A DNA stretch of 63,988 nucleotides, filler included, from Octopus bimaculoides (lineage: Eukaryota): the NCBI RefSeq assembly GCF_001194135.2. It is 4 parts of 3 records of this genome, joined end to end, with 100 filler letters (N's around TTAATTAATTAA, not from the genome) between each part and the next. Parts side by side here need not be neighbours in the genome. Positions count along the whole stretch, not along the records: positions 32,353 to 61,625 come from NC_068984.1; positions 61,726 to 63,988 come from NW_026365539.1; 2 more parts are not named here. One strand, 5' to 3'. The notes below the pieces were generated by a model that did no database searches, was not told the origin of the DNA, and was given only the letters and a program-made list of their open reading frames with translations. Positions 50,515 to 61,799 of the stretch are shown piece by piece. The position numbers were made by a program, and so were the translations under genes. The stretch's first letter is position 1, and each line of letters starts with the position of its first letter.

Positions 50515-51174
50515 AGGCGACGAGCTGGCAGAAACGTTAACACGCTGGACGAAATGCTTAGCGATATTTCGTCTGTCTTTACGTTCTGAATTCAATTTCC
50601 GCCGAGGTCGACTTTGCCTTTAATCCCTATCGGGATCGATAAATTAAGTACCAGTTACGTACTGGTTCGCTCTAATCGACTAGCCCCCTCCCCGAAAATG
50701 TGGGGCCTTGTGCCTAGAGTAGAAAAGTATATAAAGATATTACAGGTCTATGGTCTACTAAAGGTGGTGAGCTGGCAGAAACGTTAGCACGCCGGGCGAA
50801 ATGCTGAGCGGCATTTCGTCTACTGTTACGTTATGAGTTCAAATGCCTTTCATCTTTTCGGAGTCGATAAATTAAATACCAGTTACGCACTGGGGTCGAT
50901 GTAATCGACATAATCCCTTTGTCTGTCCTTGTTTGTCCCCTCTATGTTTAGCCCCTTGTGGACAATAAAGAAATAAGAAACGTTATCCTGCCGGACGAAA
51001 TGCTTGGCGTTATTCGTCTGTCTTTTCGCTCTGAGTTCAATTTCCGCCGAGTTCGACTTTGCCTTTCATCCTTTTGGGGTCGATAAATTAAGTACCGGTT
51101 GCGTACTGAGGTTGATCTAATCTGCTGGCCCCCTCCCCCAAAATTTCGGGCCTTTTGCCTAGATCAAAAAAGGA
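50515..51174 (+). mobile_element. SINE A monomer followed by SINE A dimer
   Basis: Heads at 50515, 50762 and about 50976; repeated target-like motif between the insertions. Confidence 0.85.
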
Positions 51175-52659
51175 TATTAAAGGTCTATGGAGGTGAAGGA
51201 TCACTGAGGTTTAATACACTTAGCGATGGAAAGAAAACAAGCGGATATCATTTCCATTTGGCATAAGTTAAGGGAACGAGATGAAGTAGACCAAGATGAC
51301 ACGAAAAGAAGAGAAAACAAAGAAGAGGTGCAATCCCAGAGTAAATGAAACAATTACAAGATGGGGTTGTAATTGCAGATTTATGTGACGGTCTATAAAA
51401 CCTTATGTCCTCGAACTGTGTTGTGTGAATATATATATATATATATATATACATAAAGTTAGGTTCAGGGAATAATATAACCAAAGATAAATTTAGAGCA
51501 TATGGTTGAGAAATAAGGAAATACTCGGAAATATAGGGAACCTGGGATTAAAATTTTGTATATGAAAAACAAACGTAAATGTAATTGATTAGTGGTTAAG
51601 TTACATCCAATACAATGGAACAAAAGAAAATCACGTGACTAATAATTTGCTTAAGTTATGAATGCATCTCAGAAAGTAATAACTATAGTGTTAGAGGTTA
51701 AAACGAAAATATTAGAAAGTAGACATTAAAACTTTAAGATTTAAATGATTGAGAGATGGAAATTAAGCAATAATACAAAGTAAGAGGGAAAAAGAATGCT
51801 AAAGACATATACAACACCGACTTTCCGGACACTTATTGTCCAGAACATTTTATAATCCGCATTAGTTTACGAGCAGACTAGTTAGTATATTGTACGGCAC
51901 TTCTTCAAAGTAACTTGCTCAGTATTAATAAACTTGTATCATTTATACTGATGTACAGTTACCTGTATTTGATTTAATTAAATAAGATTAAAATTTGTTT
52001 ACCTAGGTGTGCACACCTGGTTCGGAATAACTAGGAAAGACCTTGAAACCAAAGTAACAGGAAAAGCTATGTTGTACCCGTACAACACCCCTACCCCTAA
52101 GAAGAAAAAAACAATAATAATAAAAACGGGTCGAAAATTTTAGGATGAAAATATGAAAGATGCAAAAATTCAGAAGTTCAGAAAATAAAATTGAAAAAAA
52201 AAAGTATTAGGAATGCAACCTCGAACAACAATGGAAAAATGTAGCTGTGAGGAAAAGTTAGAATACCTTGTAATTTGAAGTTAAAGTATAAAAATTTTTT
52301 CAATAGAAATGAAATTTAAAATCTATGATTACCGTTTTGGAAAATATTCTCTATAAAAATGCTTAGAGAAATTAATTTGCAAGGTTTGTCAAGATTACAA
52401 CTATCTTAGGCATCCGAAACTGCAAGGGTTTTGAATTGAATAGTGCAAGGATGAAAATAGATACAGGAAACAGCCTGGTTGGCAATTATATAAATTACAA
52501 TGGAATAAAATGAAATAAAACAATCTAATACACTATAGAGAAATAACAACAAACAAAGAATATAACAATATGGTATATACGTAGTAGAACATAGGGTATA
52601 GGTGTAAGTATATATGAGTAAAATAATATGAAAATATAAACGTACCAAAATATATATTA

Positions 52660-52860
52660 AAATTAATGTCATAGTATCCAGAGAATTGCACCCAGTTGTG
52701 GGACTCAAAGTTTGTGTTTATGGGGAATAATAAAAGAATAGTATCTGATGGAAGATCGAAATGATAATATAAATGTTTAACCAACATGGATTTGGGCGCA
52801 TTTGGAATGATGGATCTGTATCGATATTAATTAGCGAATAAGTGTTACGGATTCCTGAAT
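52660..52860 (+). mobile_element. Possible very old L1/Tx1 remnant
   Basis: Faint FVFMGNNKRI and DLGAFGMMDLYRY traces in an A-rich, strand-biased region. Confidence 0.25.
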
Positions 52861-54715
52861 CCTAGAAAAGATATCAAATCATAAAATATAGAGTTTAAGT
52901 TTTACAGAGGAGAAAGTATAGACATATGAGGGGATGTTGACAGAGATGGTGAATATAACAATATAATACTATAAAGACATCTGATGATTAAAAGAAACTG
53001 GTATAAATTTAGGCTAATGACATCTTACACAGTCCTATATTTGTGAGGGCAGCCAATTGGAAACGCGTTATGCTTGTTTACAAGATTATATTTATGGCTC
53101 AAAATTTCTAATGTTTCCAGTGTGCATAGATTGCATTCACCCCCACTCACTATCCACCCACGTTGCGGAAAATGGTTATACACACAGACCAAGAACTTTC
53201 AGGCGTGATTTTTCTCCTTTTTAAGGTCAATAACGCTTCAGTTAGGGAGACAGTTTTCTGTGCACCTTAGTTCTTTAATGAGTAGACATGATCATATAAT
53301 CATGAAAAAAGAAATGGTGTATAAATTACAGCATCACTGCATATTTCATTTTTACGATAAACTTATTTCCCCTTTACAGCTGGTGTAGTATCAAAATCGT
53401 CTTTTTCTAAACAACAATACTTCTTAATGAGCCAAATAAAGCAATGCAAAATATTTTCCACGTAGCCTGAAGCACGAAGGGCAACACCTAATGTTGCACA
53501 CATAAGATAACGTCCATAGTTTCTGCAAACTATTGAGATAAATTTGAAATCTTGATTTTATGTTGCTTACTCTAGAGACTCTAAATGATTTCTACATAGT
53601 TATTTCTGTCAATAATGCTAGACAACGTGACAAATCTAATTTTGTTGTGGGATTAGGGAAATAAAATTTTCTTAGTGGTATGACCTTTAATGAACGTGTA
53701 AGACCACGAACATATATATGTTGAAACACTGTTGACATTTGATGTGCAATATGTTGGTGATATAAATGGAAGGAGAACAAGCGTGTCATTCTCAAGGATG
53801 GTGGAAGGGAAGTCACACCAATTCAGATGGAATCTAATCGCAGAGGAGTTGATTAACAGAAAAATCTTATCTCTACATTTCAGATATTATAAATATAGAA
53901 AGCTCCGAATTTCTAATGAGCATAAACGATTTTGTATGTCGCACTTTTGTTTCGAGAGAACTATAATCGGTAACAAGAATGATTTCGCCTGCTGTGGTTT
54001 ATCCTACCCATGCTAAAGTTAGATCTCTTTCCACTTCAAACGGATCGTCTTTAAACTATGTTTTATGGTATTATAAAAGAAAGAAAATATAAAAACACAG
54101 TCCTGGGTACACTGTGGTGGGAAAAGGTGCGAAGAGTCATAAGCTGAATCTCTTTAATCTGAGCCTCATCGATGATGGTTAACTCGAGTATAAATCAACT
54201 TTAGATAAACCTAGTGGTTAGGGTATTACTCTCCCGGTCGCAAGATTGTAGTTTCAATTCCCGGACCTGGTGGTGTACTGTTTTCTGTGCAAAACACTTA
54301 ATTTCACATTACTCCACTCCACTCAGATGCGAATAAATAACCCACGATGGATTGGTGCCCTATTTAGGGGCAATGTTGCGCAGGTAACGGGCCCTATGAG
54401 CCCTGGACCTCGAGACAAGGGTTTAGTAACAGTGAAAAAAATTGATGAAAGACCAAATTCATTATTATTTCAATTATGAATGAATACAAATTATATTACG
54501 CACTGAAAAATGTATTTAGCTTGTAACTCCAGTATTTCTTTTCATTTTCCTATGGATCCATAAAGCAGTTAAATATTCAATACGAATAGTATTAATATGG
54601 CCTATTATAAGTAGCTGCCAAATCGTTCTCAAACCACAATCTGCCACTTTGAAAAACAGAAAGTGGCACATTGGATAATGTAATCATTAATATATTATGC
54701 CTGAAAAAATATTAG

Positions 54716-54925
54716 TTTCAAAATTTCGAAACAGGGCCAGCAATTTCAGGGAGAGAATAAGTCGTGTAGATCGACTCCAGTGCTCAACTGGTACTTATTT
54801 TATCGGCCCCGAAATGGTAAAAGCAAAAGTCGACCCCGGCAGGATTTGAACGCAGAGCGTAAAAACTGCAAAAAAAAAAAACCAACACCTCTCAGAGTGC
54901 TAATGTTTCAGCCAGTTCACTGCCT
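54716..54925 (-). mobile_element. SINE family A inserted in a family D repeat
   Basis: Family D sequence is present on both sides (54605-54715 and 54930-55020). Confidence 0.7.
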
Positions 54926-55060
54926 TAATTCTAAATAAAATGTTGAATGGTCACGAGTGGAAAGTTTCATGATCATTAGTTAACTCAGTCACGGTTGACC
55001 TGGAACTAAGCAACAATAATCAATTAACCATCGAAAGTACAATAAAATATTATTATGCTA

Positions 55061-55496
55061 AGGCGGCGAGCTGGCAGAAACGTTAGCATGCCGGGCGAAA
55101 TGCTTAGTGGTATTTTGTCTGTATTTACGTTTTGAGTTCAATTTCCGCCGAGGTCGACTTTGCCTTTCATCCTTTCGGGGTTGATAAATAAAGTACTAGT
55201 TACGTACTGTGGTCGATGTAATCGACTTGATCCCTTTGTCTGTCCTTGTTTGTCTCCTCTAAGTTTATCCCCTTGTGGGCAGTAAAGAAATAAGAAACGT
55301 TAGCATGCCGGGCGAAATGCTTAGTGGTATTTCATCTGTCTTTACATTCTGAGTTCAAATTCCGCTGAGATCGACTTTGCCTTTCATCCTTTCGGGGTTG
55401 ATAAATTAAGTACCAGTTGCGTACTGGTGTCGATCTAATCGACTGGACACCCACCCTTCCTCAAAAATTTCGGGCCTTGTGCCTAGAGTAGAAAAG
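55061..55496 (+). mobile_element. Dimeric SINE A with 17-bp TSD
   Basis: aaaatattattatgcta at 55044-55060 and 55497-55513. Confidence 0.85.
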
Positions 55497-57237
55497 AAAA
55501 TATTATTATGCTATTCGCAGATCAAAATAAACAGAACAATTAGTTGATTTATTTAACTCGATCTTCCAAGTTCTAATCTCACGCTATCGATTTCTGAGTT
55601 TCGTTCATGTCTCACTTGGCGATAAAGTTGATAAAATTTAGCAGACCTAATCGTCTAGCAACAACCTCTCGAAATTAGCATGGTGATTAGTGAATGAAAA
55701 TATATGAGTACGGTCATAGTTCTAATGTTTAATCATATCACCCTACAACAATAGTAATTGGCTTTATCCCTGCTGAAAATTATATCCTTATTATTATTAA
55801 GTATTCTTTCATAAGTATCAGGCATGTTCAGAAACAGCAAATTTTAAACTAATGCAACATTAGCTGATTTATTATAATATGGTCAGTGTTAGTTTCATTC
55901 GTTATTGATAAGAGCGATCATGCGATAGTGTTCTGTTTATTCGTCCATTGAGCTTTGTCATTAACATTCAGAACTGCTTGTTCTCGGAGCCTTTGCAGTA
56001 TTCTTTAATATGAGATATCTTCTATATTTCACAAACGGAAGATGTTAACATCAATTTTGCTTCCAGCTGTCTAACTAATAATTTTCTTTAGGTTTATATT
56101 TTTTTTTTTTTTCGAATGTTTTGATTTTGTACATTTTAACAACAACCTTTATGTTCATTTATCTAAGAATCCAAGAAAATTCCCGTCAGCAATTTTTTTT
56201 TTTTATTTAAGAAAAGATAAGGATGTAAAGAATATTTTAACTTTAGATTTACATTTAATTTAGCATATTGTTTAAAAACTAGAATTTAAGATCTTACCTT
56301 TTCTTCTAATATTTGGAAAGAGATTGAAAGAAAAATGAACAACAAAAAGTACATGAGTTGAAATATGAACAACAATAATATCGATAACAGAAACAATGGC
56401 GGTGACAATAAAACTAGGACGAGGGAAATGGTAAGGAAGGTGGAAACAAAATATTTCCAGCAAGTTTTAGAGTCGATTTATTTGAATTTATGGTTGATCC
56501 AACCATCGTGCAATCATCAAAACTAATAAAATATTTTTTGCAATATCATCTTATAGTCAAAGGAAGCAAATTTTGCATCGTCATATTACCAGAAGCTACA
56601 GGAGAGGTTTTATTGTTGTCGCCGTTGTCGTTGTTGTTGTTTATGGCGTGAATAGATGGAACCATGCTGTTAAAATGATCTCTTGTTAATGCTAAGTTTC
56701 TAAGCGAACGCTAAATTCCCCTACCATATTTCCATTCAGCTTTGACTTAGTAACCGTCGTCATTAATGGAAGAAGATACAAAAAACAGCAAAACATGACT
56801 AACAGCGATCGTTTATAAAATAGATGATTTCGGAGTGGTGAGGTTGTATTTTATTTTTGTTTTCTAATTGTTGTGTCAGGAGAAAGGAACAGTTTCCATG
56901 GACTTCGCAAACCCTCATTAACCCCATTGACATTGATGGCAATAATGTTAGTCAACATCTGTAACAAAGATATGAACATGCATGTAATTCCAGAAGGGCC
57001 AAAGATCTTATTATCACTACTTAAAATGTATTGTAGTTGCTGCAGTGTATAGCAGGATTGCACATAGGTAAATCCGGTTCAAAACTCATTGAGTCAAATC
57101 ACATATGTATTTATATTATTTTGTAAATTTTACACGAGTATATAACGTATCTAAAAACATCTTTGCATATTGGAAAGACATCTTAGGAGCAATAATAATT
57201 TATACATACATACATACATACATACATACACACACAC

Positions 57238-57311
<74 letters not shown>

Positions 57312-58461
57312 TTTTTATACCTTCTTATATCCTTTCAGATGTTTTCGAAATGTTTGTAATTTTTTATATATATTTTTTTTTCCAAGAGTTTTTAAATAAG
57401 TGTACCTGTTATAGAAATATTTATCTTATTTTTTAGTTCTTAATCTTTGGTTTTGATTCAATAGAATCTCCCTACTCGGATGATAACTGAATTTTATTTT
57501 GATTCATTGTTGAATAATTCTATCACGCCCACCTTAACATTATGCTAGAAATAAGCATCATGAGGTTTCTTTTTATATAAACGTACCCCACTCTTATGCC
57601 TTAGATTGTTTTTTCTATCCTTCTTCTTTTACTGGGTCCTTTAAATACTTTTCAAAATTTTTATATTTTAATAGATAAATTTTGCTAAGTTTAGATGCAC
57701 ATTTCCCCCCGTATTCCTAATTCCCACACTTATATATCAATGTGACCTCCTTTGTTTTCCATCTTAAGCGCCTTATAATTGATAATCATTATATCTTAAG
57801 CTACCCCTGCCCTTCGTCTTTCTGGTAATCACCTCGTCTTTATATCTTTATCTTACTAGCATCTTCTGAGACATTCTTCTATGGAGGCATGGCTGACTTT
57901 ATGGTCATAGTGAAATAGGGATAGGGAAGAGTATCTGACATTAATTAACACCAAGAACTTAACTGTCAATTCCCAATGGCTTTGATTCTAAGGGGAATCA
58001 AAACCATTGGGAATTGCTGCATTGAGCCTGTTGAATATGATAAGGATAAAAATGAATGTAGCTATATCACCATTCCTCTTAATTGACCCTATTATTTCCT
58101 TCTGACACTCTAAATTATTACAGGCTTTAGGTATTCTTTCCCTAAATTCATTCTGCTACCATAATAGCAAAAAGAAGCAATGCACTTTAGTCTCTAATAC
58201 TGGTAAAAAATTTGCTAAAAAATTATAATAGAGTATCCTGCATGTTGGAAATCTATATGGTCGTACGCGTCTGAGGAGAGCAGTTTATGTCAAATTGATG
58301 TAATGTTTGCATTGATCAATTGAATGGAGCCGAAATTCACTAATAGCTGGACATCTTTGTTACTTATTTGCTTTTAATTCACCTAACTTCGAGGTGTGCG
58401 GACAATACTGGACAGACTTGCTGCCTCAACTTAAGTACCTAATTCAACTGAATCTAAATTC

Positions 58462-58493
<32 letters not shown>

Positions 58494-58972
58494 NNNNNNN
58501 NNNNNNNNNNNNNNNNNNNNNNNNNNNNNNNNNNNNNNNNNNNNNNNNNNNNNNNNNNNNNNNNNNNNNNNNNNNNNNNNNNNNNNNNNNNNNNNNNNNN
58601 NNNNNNNNNNNNNNNNNNNNNNNNNNNNNNNNNNNNNNNNNNNNNNNNNNNNNNNNNNNNNNNNNNNNNNNNNNNNNNNNNNNNNNNNNNNNNNNNNNNN
58701 NNNNNNNNNNNNNNNNNNNNNNNNNNNNNNNNNNNNNNNNNNNNNNNNNNNNNNNNNNNNNNNNNNNNNNNNNNNNNNNNNNNNNNNNNNNNNNNNNNNN
58801 NNNNNNNNNNNNNNNNNNNNNNNNNNNNNNNNNNNNNNNNNNNNNNNNNNNNNNNNNNNNNNNNNNNNNNNNNNNNNNNNNNNNNNNNNNNNNNNNNNNN
58901 NNNNNNNNATATATAGTTGAAATTCATGGAAAAACAAAAGACGAAGACAGGTGAATAATCAACAAGCAACTG

Positions 58973-59046
58973 TATTAGTTTGACGCGCGGGAAAAATGAA
59001 AAAATCTATTACGTTTCGAGGCTACACTCTTCAACAGAAAGAAATA
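58973..59046 (-). ncRNA. Type I hammerhead-like motif, second family copy
   Basis: Minus strand: TTT-CTGTTGA-A-GAG(TGTAGC)CTC-GAAACG..CGTC-AAA; A6U in the core; same flanks as the 35.7-kb copy. Confidence 0.6.
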
Positions 59047-59106
59047 AGAGAAAATACACAAGAAGACAATGAAAAACACTTGTAGATTTCAGCAGTCCAG
59101 CATGGC

Positions 59107-59140
<34 letters not shown>

Positions 59141-60149
59141 CATTATATAACTTTAAATATATGATATATATATAAGTCATATAAGTATATGATATTATAG
59201 GAAAACAGTAAATATTTCAGCGCAGATATTTGAAGCAGAATATTTAAGAAATGATTCAGTGTGTTTGTACATATTCTTTTGCATAAATTCTTTTGCTAAT
59301 GCATTGTATACAATTTTTACGCATTTTCTACATACTTATATTCTACATGGCGAGTTTATATAATTGGACAAATGTAAATTATGGCAAAAATGCTTTTTAG
59401 TTAATGTATGAACCAGGACGTTATTTTTTAAAAAGGATATGTCAGTACGAAAGATATATATAAATAAATTTGCAAGTGTATCAGCTCTTGACAATCACCT
59501 TGAAAGTAAGGATTTTTCTTATATTTCATGGATAGGATGTTGGAATAGACATGAACAATAAATTCATACAAATATATATCAAGAACATAATACGTAAAAT
59601 ACGAATAAGTATTTATCGAACTTATTTTTACGTGACGGCACAAAAGCAAATTAAGAACAAAGTATACAGGATTTAGTGCCCCGTAGCTGACGATGACGTA
59701 TCAGTGATAATAATGGGCGTAACATTTGTGTGTTCTATACTATTTCATAATGACTAGTATATTAATAGTTTTATATTCTTTATTCAGAAACATATAAATT
59801 TAGATTGATTATTCAGTAGTTTTTGTTTGTTTGAAAATAGGATTTCATGTTTGTTTGAAAATAGGATTTCAGTTTTTATATGCGTTTTTATATCATTGGT
59901 GTGTTTTGGCGTGTGTAGAATTTTCGAAGATACGAAGAGAAAGCTGTTAGAAAATTATAAAAACCAGATGTGTGTTGATAAAAATGCAGTAGCATTCTGC
60001 TATTAGTTTTTTTAAAGTAGTATTTGTGTTGGTAAAATGAATTTCATAAACCGTTGTCAGTTACCACTATACCTGTGAGAGAAGATTATTTTAGGGTTAA
60101 TATGAACTTTCGAAATATATGAGTGTACTACGTAAAGCACTTTACTTAT

Positions 60150-60712
60150 GATGGATATAATATTGTATTAGTGCAACTACCATTGATTGTGTGTTTAGAG
60201 GATGACCCAACAATTGAATAAGTACACAAATACCAGCACAAGAAATTCTTGTGGAACAGTCCCGACAAACATCTGTCAAATGTAAGATAACATGCCAGAT
60301 ATTGTTGTTCGGGACACACAAGAAAATGCATGTACTGTCATATTGGTCAATTGTCCTGTTGATGTAAATACTCTTTGAAAATCAAAGAGAAAGAGGATGA
60401 TTATACACAACTTCATCGAAACCTCCAGCTTGTATGTCCAGATTATAAATTCACATTTATACCAATAATAATTGGTGCAGTTCGATTTGTGAATAAATGC
60501 CTAAGTGATAATCTGGATATGCTTGGACTTTCAGAAAACGAAATCAGCGAGTTAACTCTTATATTACAAATGCAATCTGTAAGTGGAACTGTAAAGTTAT
60601 GCAAGAATTTTCTCGAATTTAAACTGTAACATTATTTTTGTTGTCTACAAACTAACGACAAAGCTTTGTATCTTTGTTAGAAACCAGCTCTTTCCCCAGA
60701 GGAAGAATTTAA
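60150..60712 (+). mobile_element. 3' end of an RLE-type non-LTR retrotransposon (R4/Dong-like)
   Basis: NMPDIVVRD..CPVD..KIKEKEDDY..FIPIIIGA..GTVKLCKNFLEF*: PD-(D/E)xK-type endonuclease C-terminus plus 3' UTR. Confidence 0.75.
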
Positions 60713-60775
60713 ATAGGTTGTTGTCAAGCGGTGGTGAGAGACAAACAGACATAGACACAGACACACACACACACA

Positions 60776-60850
<75 letters not shown>

Positions 60851-61020
60851 ACAAACATATATGTATATATGTGACGGGCTTCTTTCAGGTTCCGTCTACC
60901 AAATACACTCACCAGGCTTTGGTTCGCGTGAGGCTATTATAGAAGACACTTGACGAAGTTGCCAAGCAGTAGGACTGAACCCGGAGCCATGTGATTCGGA
61001 AACAAGATTCTAAGCACACA
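60713..61020 (-). mobile_element. SINE family B, 3'-truncated
   Basis: Head at 61020, core, (CA)n; truncated at the RLE-LINE end. Confidence 0.75.
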
Positions 61021-61040
61021 GATATAAATATTCCCATACA

Positions 61041-61070
61041 TAACCCTAACCCTAACCCTAACCCTAACCC
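61041..61070 (-). repeat. Interstitial telomeric repeat (TTAGGG)5
   Basis: Five perfect TAACCC units on +. Confidence 0.9.
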
Positions 61071-61173
61071 TCATTCGTGTATGCTCACCACCAGTGAAAG
61101 CATTGTGAATAGTTTCTGAAAAGCGAGACCTCGCCTCTTTGTCAGTTTGGAGTTGCCTTTCTTTCCCGTGTTC

Positions 61174-61213
61174 AATGCTGATGACAAGATAACTACTTGG
61201 AAATGCATTCATT
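61174..61213 (+). ncRNA. Minimal type I hammerhead ribozyme motif with perfect core
   Basis: AATG-CTGATGA-CAAG(ATAACTA)CTTG-GAA-ATGCAT-T-CATT: all core nucleotides and three helices are present, and helix III is palindromic. Confidence 0.8.
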
Positions 61214-61391
61214 AATCGATCTGGACTGAGTACGCTTCGAACCGACCATGATATGTTTACATCTTTTTTTACTAAAATGAGAAAACTTCTCAATGACGAA
61301 ATGTAATAAACGGCTCTGTTACGTATCTGAATATGTCTCTAGCATATGTGTGTGTAAACATACATACATACATACATACATACATACACAC

Positions 61392-61449
<58 letters not shown>

Positions 61450-61470
61450 TTATCTATCTATCTATCTATC

Positions 61471-61625
61471 AACGCATACTTTTCCGCTTTCTGTGGAAGG
61501 GTGGCGTTCCGATGGTGAGGCGATCCATTTGCTGTCAACAACCGTTACGTGGAGGACTGGGGATGCCGTGGTTAATGATGCGCAGACATGCGCTGAGACT
61601 GCGGCATCTCTGGAACTTCATTGAC
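61471..61625 (+). mobile_element. L1/Tx1-clade LINE fragment
   Basis: RILFRFLWKGGVPMVRRSICCQQPLRGGLGMP (FLW..GGLG motif); ends at a gap. Confidence 0.75.
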
Positions 61626-61799
61626 NNNNNNNNNNNNNNNNNNNNNNNNNNNNNNNNNNNNNNNNNNNNTTAATTAATTAANNNNNNNNNNNNNNNNNNN
61701 NNNNNNNNNNNNNNNNNNNNNNNNNAGAATTATAAATAGGAAACAGTGGCACAAGGTACCAATTTTTGCTGGAAATAGCAAAAAGGTTGTGATAGTGAT

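Noticed and set aside
52975-53030. CTGATGA..GAAA hammerhead-like match
   Set aside because: Helix II has only 2 A-U pairs, and helices I and III cannot both form.
56880-57067. Plus-strand AG..GT exon candidate (also weak candidates at 9513, 42779 and 43770)
   Set aside because: Stops in all frames or no recognisable protein; insufficient support.
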